Assembly: GCA_944384465.1 (NCBI GenBank)
Contig: CALWTK010000001.1
Span: forward strand, 20,062-84,061
Length of the DNA: 64,000 nt
Source: an uncultured Clostridia bacterium
Lineage (GTDB): Bacteria > Bacillota > Clostridia > Christensenellales > UBA1242
Direction of reading: 5' to 3'
Part shown: piece by piece, positions 61,162 to 64,000 of the stretch
Numbering within the stretch: the stretch's first letter is position 1
Layout: every line of letters begins with the position of its first letter
Made by a program: the position numbers and the translations under genes
Notes under the pieces: generated by a model
Database searches by the model: none
Seen by the model: only the letters and a program-made list of their open reading frames with translations
What the model was told of the DNA's origin: nothing

Positions 61162-63039
61162 GTGAAAAAATTTTCTGCTTTATTATTATGCTGTTTAATG
61201 ATTGTAACATGTAGCCTTGCAGGTTGTGCTACTTTTTCGATAAATCCTGTGAAATACTATAACGAAGTAGTAGCAACTGTGGGTGATACGAATATTACTA
61301 GATTTGATTTGCTGTCCGCCTATAATAGTTATGGCTATTCATACTATGTATCTCAAGAAGGTCAGAGCGAAGAAGACGCTATGAATAGCACGCTTGACCT
61401 GTTGATAGATAGAGAACTTTTGTATCAGTACGCTTTGGATCATGATGATATTTATGGACCTACCGCATATCAAGTAAATTCCAGCATCCAGACCATCTTC
61501 GATTCAGTCGATGAACAAGTCAGTGAATATATTGATGAAGCAAAAGGTATATTGAATATCCCTATTGCTGACGCGGAAGACTCTACCGAAGAAGAGGAAG
61601 AGACCGCATATCTATATGATGACTACACTTATTCGAAACGCGCTGAAGTGAAATCTAGGACCACCTATTATACAGACGAGACGAAGACGACTGTTTCATC
61701 CTCTCCTACTGCATATTTTGATACTACCTATTATATTGATTATATAACGGAAACAGAGCCCACAGTGTATGATGAACTGATTGCCAGCACCTATTTAAAT
61801 GATTTCACACAGAGCGGAACGATTGAAGCGATAGTAGCTAGCTATCTATCTCATCTACGCTCCACTCTAGCGAATGAAGATGCTGAAAATCAGGAACCTA
61901 TATATAACAAAGTTATATCACTGCTCGCGCAAAACTTGATAGATTATGAATACTATTTGCGAGATGAAAACGGCAAAGCCTATTCTACAAATACAAACGA
62001 TCTATTATATAGATATTTTGAAAGAAATTTTGATTCTCAAATAGAGTCTTTGTATCTTGAAAATATCAGAATATATTATCTTGAAAATGAAAATTTAGGT
62101 ATAGACGCCTTGCTAGAAGAATTCAAATATTTAGTAAATGTAAACTACAATCAATATAGAAATCACGAAGAAAATTATAAAGAAGCGATGCAAGATATCA
62201 GCACTGATGGGGACACGATTTTGTATCACCCAACGACAAGTGATGGAACACAATTTGGGTATTTTGTCCACACGTTACTAAGCTTCAGTGAGGATCAACA
62301 AAATATGATCACCGCTCTTGAGTCAAACAAAAATTCATACTCTGAAGGTGAAAACGATCCAGCATACATCAATGCCTACAACGCTATTGTGAACCAAACT
62401 GTCATCACGGTTAGAGACGCAGAGACTGGACTTCTCACTGAGGAGACCAAAACCTTATCTCAAGTCATGGATGAATATAGTGAAATTTTAAAGATCAGCG
62501 ATTATAATGACAGATTGTATGCCTTCATTCAGTTCATGTTCAAATACACTGGAGACACTGCTACACTATCATCAGGTATGCCTTATGTGGTTGGTACAAA
62601 CGGCTACAGCGCGATGGAAGAAGCGTTCACAGATGAAGCAGTGCGCTTGATGACGGAAGGCAATGCAGGAGATATGACAAGTGCAAGTACTGAAAATATG
62701 TGTATCACAAGTTATGGTATTCACCTGCTGTTCTATGTAAATCCAGTTGATGCCTATGATGTATTATATAGTGATGTTGAATCAGTATATATCCAAGATA
62801 CAAATAGAGACGACAATGGTAGAAATAATTTATATTATAAAATCATCAATCCGTTGACCAATGAGACTTACTTTGACATGTTGTTCGATGCAGTTTATCC
62901 TGCGTCAAGCGATGAAGAAAATTATACATCCAACACAGGATATAGTGATTATGAAAACAACCTCGTATCTATTGCAGAAAACACATACAAGGTCACAAAA
63001 TACACTTCAAAAATATCTGCGACAAGACAAAGTATATAA
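61162..63039 (+). CDS. Large acidic PrsA/SurA-like foldase lipoprotein
   Basis: GTG start with TGGAG RBS, lipobox LAGC, VVATVGDTNIT..LIDRELLYQYA (SurA-N-like), ITSYGIHLL (parvulin-like). Position after mfd as in Clostridia. Confidence 0.65.
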   Translation: MKKFSALLLCCLMIVTCSLAGCATFSINPVKYYNEVVATVGDTNITRFDLLSAYNSYGYSYYVSQEGQSEEDAMNSTLDLLIDRELLYQYALDHDDIYGPTAYQVNSSIQTIFDSVDEQVSEYIDEAKGILNIPIADAEDSTEEEEETAYLYDDYTYSKRAEVKSRTTYYTDETKTTVSSSPTAYFDTTYYIDYITETEPTVYDELIASTYLNDFTQSGTIEAIVASYLSHLRSTLANEDAENQEPIYNKVISLLAQNLIDYEYYLRDENGKAYSTNTNDLLYRYFERNFDSQIESLYLENIRIYYLENENLGIDALLEEFKYLVNVNYNQYRNHEENYKEAMQDISTDGDTILYHPTTSDGTQFGYFVHTLLSFSEDQQNMITALESNKNSYSEGENDPAYINAYNAIVNQTVITVRDAETGLLTEETKTLSQVMDEYSEILKISDYNDRLYAFIQFMFKYTGDTATLSSGMPYVVGTNGYSAMEEAFTDEAVRLMTEGNAGDMTSASTENMCITSYGIHLLFYVNPVDAYDVLYSDVESVYIQDTNRDDNGRNNLYYKIINPLTNETYFDMLFDAVYPASSDEENYTSNTGYSDYENNLVSIAENTYKVTKYTSKISATRQSI

Positions 63040-63050
63040 TAGTTAATTAA

Positions 63051-63082
63051 AAAATTTCCTACTGCAAAGTAGGATTTTTTTT
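63051..63082 (+). terminator. Terminator
   Basis: TCCTACT-gcaa-AGTAGGA plus T run. Confidence 0.8.
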
Positions 63083-63144
63083 ATATTTTGAATAAATTTC
63101 TTTTATGGACACAAAATACAATTGTATCATAAAGGAGATAAATT

Positions 63145-63738
63145 ATGGCAAAAACAAAAACTAAAAGAGGTGTGTCAGGTTCAACTATAGCGATTATAAC
63201 CTTGTCTATCCTATTGTTAGCTGCAATTGGGATTGGAATCACTCTAGCCTACTTTACCGCATCTACAAATGTAACTGGTAATATCACTTTAGGCGATCCT
63301 GTCACCATATCGATCACTCAGGGTGGAGCATCAGCTTCTTCACTTACCTTCCCTGGGGACGCGCTTCCTGGCACTGTATATAGTCAAGCCATAGGGGTAC
63401 AAGCACCTGCAGAGATGACAGAAGCTTTGATGAGAGCTAAACTAACCATCAGCAATACAGATGGAGCATCCACTAGTGTTGAAGCAACCACTACAGGCGA
63501 TTGGCAGACAGGTGAAGATGACTACTACTATTATAATGGTACAGTAAACGCCGATGATCAAATCGATTTTATCACAGCTATTACCGTTCCAACCAGTTTG
63601 ACTAATGCAGATGCCAACAAGACATACACTATTGATGTCGTAGTTGAGACCATACAGCAAGCAAACAATGCTGCAAACGCTACTTGGACAACTGCACCAA
63701 CAGAATGGTTGAACACCTATTCACCAGCTGACACATAA
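63145..63738 (+). CDS. SipW-type signal peptide protein (TasA/camelysin-like)
   Basis: GIGITLAYFT cleavage motif, LPG, DDYYYY, VVETIQ. Confidence 0.75.
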   Translation: MAKTKTKRGVSGSTIAIITLSILLLAAIGIGITLAYFTASTNVTGNITLGDPVTISITQGGASASSLTFPGDALPGTVYSQAIGVQAPAEMTEALMRAKLTISNTDGASTSVEATTTGDWQTGEDDYYYYNGTVNADDQIDFITAITVPTSLTNADANKTYTIDVVVETIQQANNAANATWTTAPTEWLNTYSPADT

Positions 63739-63762
63739 AAAACTGCCGTACGGCAGTTTTTT
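63737..63762. terminator. Bidirectional terminator
   Basis: AAAAAACTGCCGTACGGCAGTTTTTT perfect palindrome. Confidence 0.85.
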
Positions 63763-63834
63763 GTTGTAATAAGAATGCTTAGTCTCCTCATGATTAAAGT
63801 AAATGTTTTAAAAAAAGGACACATACGTATCCTT

Positions 63835-64000
63835 TTATTTTTCACCAAGTGACAGATAATCATTTGGATCTACTTTCACACCATTCAAAAGCATTTCGAG
63901 GTGAAGATGTGCTCCGCTGTTGAGTTCCTGAGCCATACTTTCACTAGCCTGACCGATCACTTGCCCTGCACTGACTTGATCACCAACACTGACACCTGCA
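63835..64000 (-). CDS. M23 family peptidase C-terminus (SpoIIQ-like possible; partial)
   Basis: Manual translation VSVGDQVSAGQVIGQASESMAQELNSGAHLHLEMLLNGVKVDPNDYL. Confidence 0.85.
   Translation of the reverse strand, partial: AGVSVGDQVSAGQVIGQASESMAQELNSGAHLHLEMLLNGVKVDPNDYLSLGEK

Noticed and set aside
1-64000. CRISPR array, rRNA, IS transposase, retron/reverse transcriptase
   Set aside because: No regularly spaced repeats, rRNA-like sequence, or cas/transposase/RT motifs seen in the sequence or ORF track.

Overview
Low-GC, standard-code chromosome segment, most likely from a spore-forming, probably uncultured Clostridia-like Firmicute (inferred from yabP/yabQ/divIC, spoVT with a sigma-G promoter, a spoVB/yabM-like flippase and pth-mfd-prsA). 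Housekeeping and sporulation genes surround several unusual items. (1) A five-gene minimal type IV secretion module (PrgI/VirB3-VirB4 fusion, VirB6-like, acidic unknown, VirB2-like pilin, VirD4) sits between tRNA-Arg(CCT) and tRNA-fMet, with no relaxase, integrase or att repeat seen in the window. (2) Directly after tRNA-fMet is an AT-rich decaying islet carrying two convergent toxin/immunity-like cassettes (MuF-type Cys/His motif + DUF6883-like domain, followed by a DUF4926-like gene), with no phage genes. (3) An 800-aa membrane protein has a long coiled coil and eight AT-hook motifs. (4) A 3652-aa acidic GLUG-type lipoprotein heads an apparent operon with queH and alr. (5) At least eight genes have a leaderless promoter layout. 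All family assignments are by eye from motifs and need HMM or structure confirmation.
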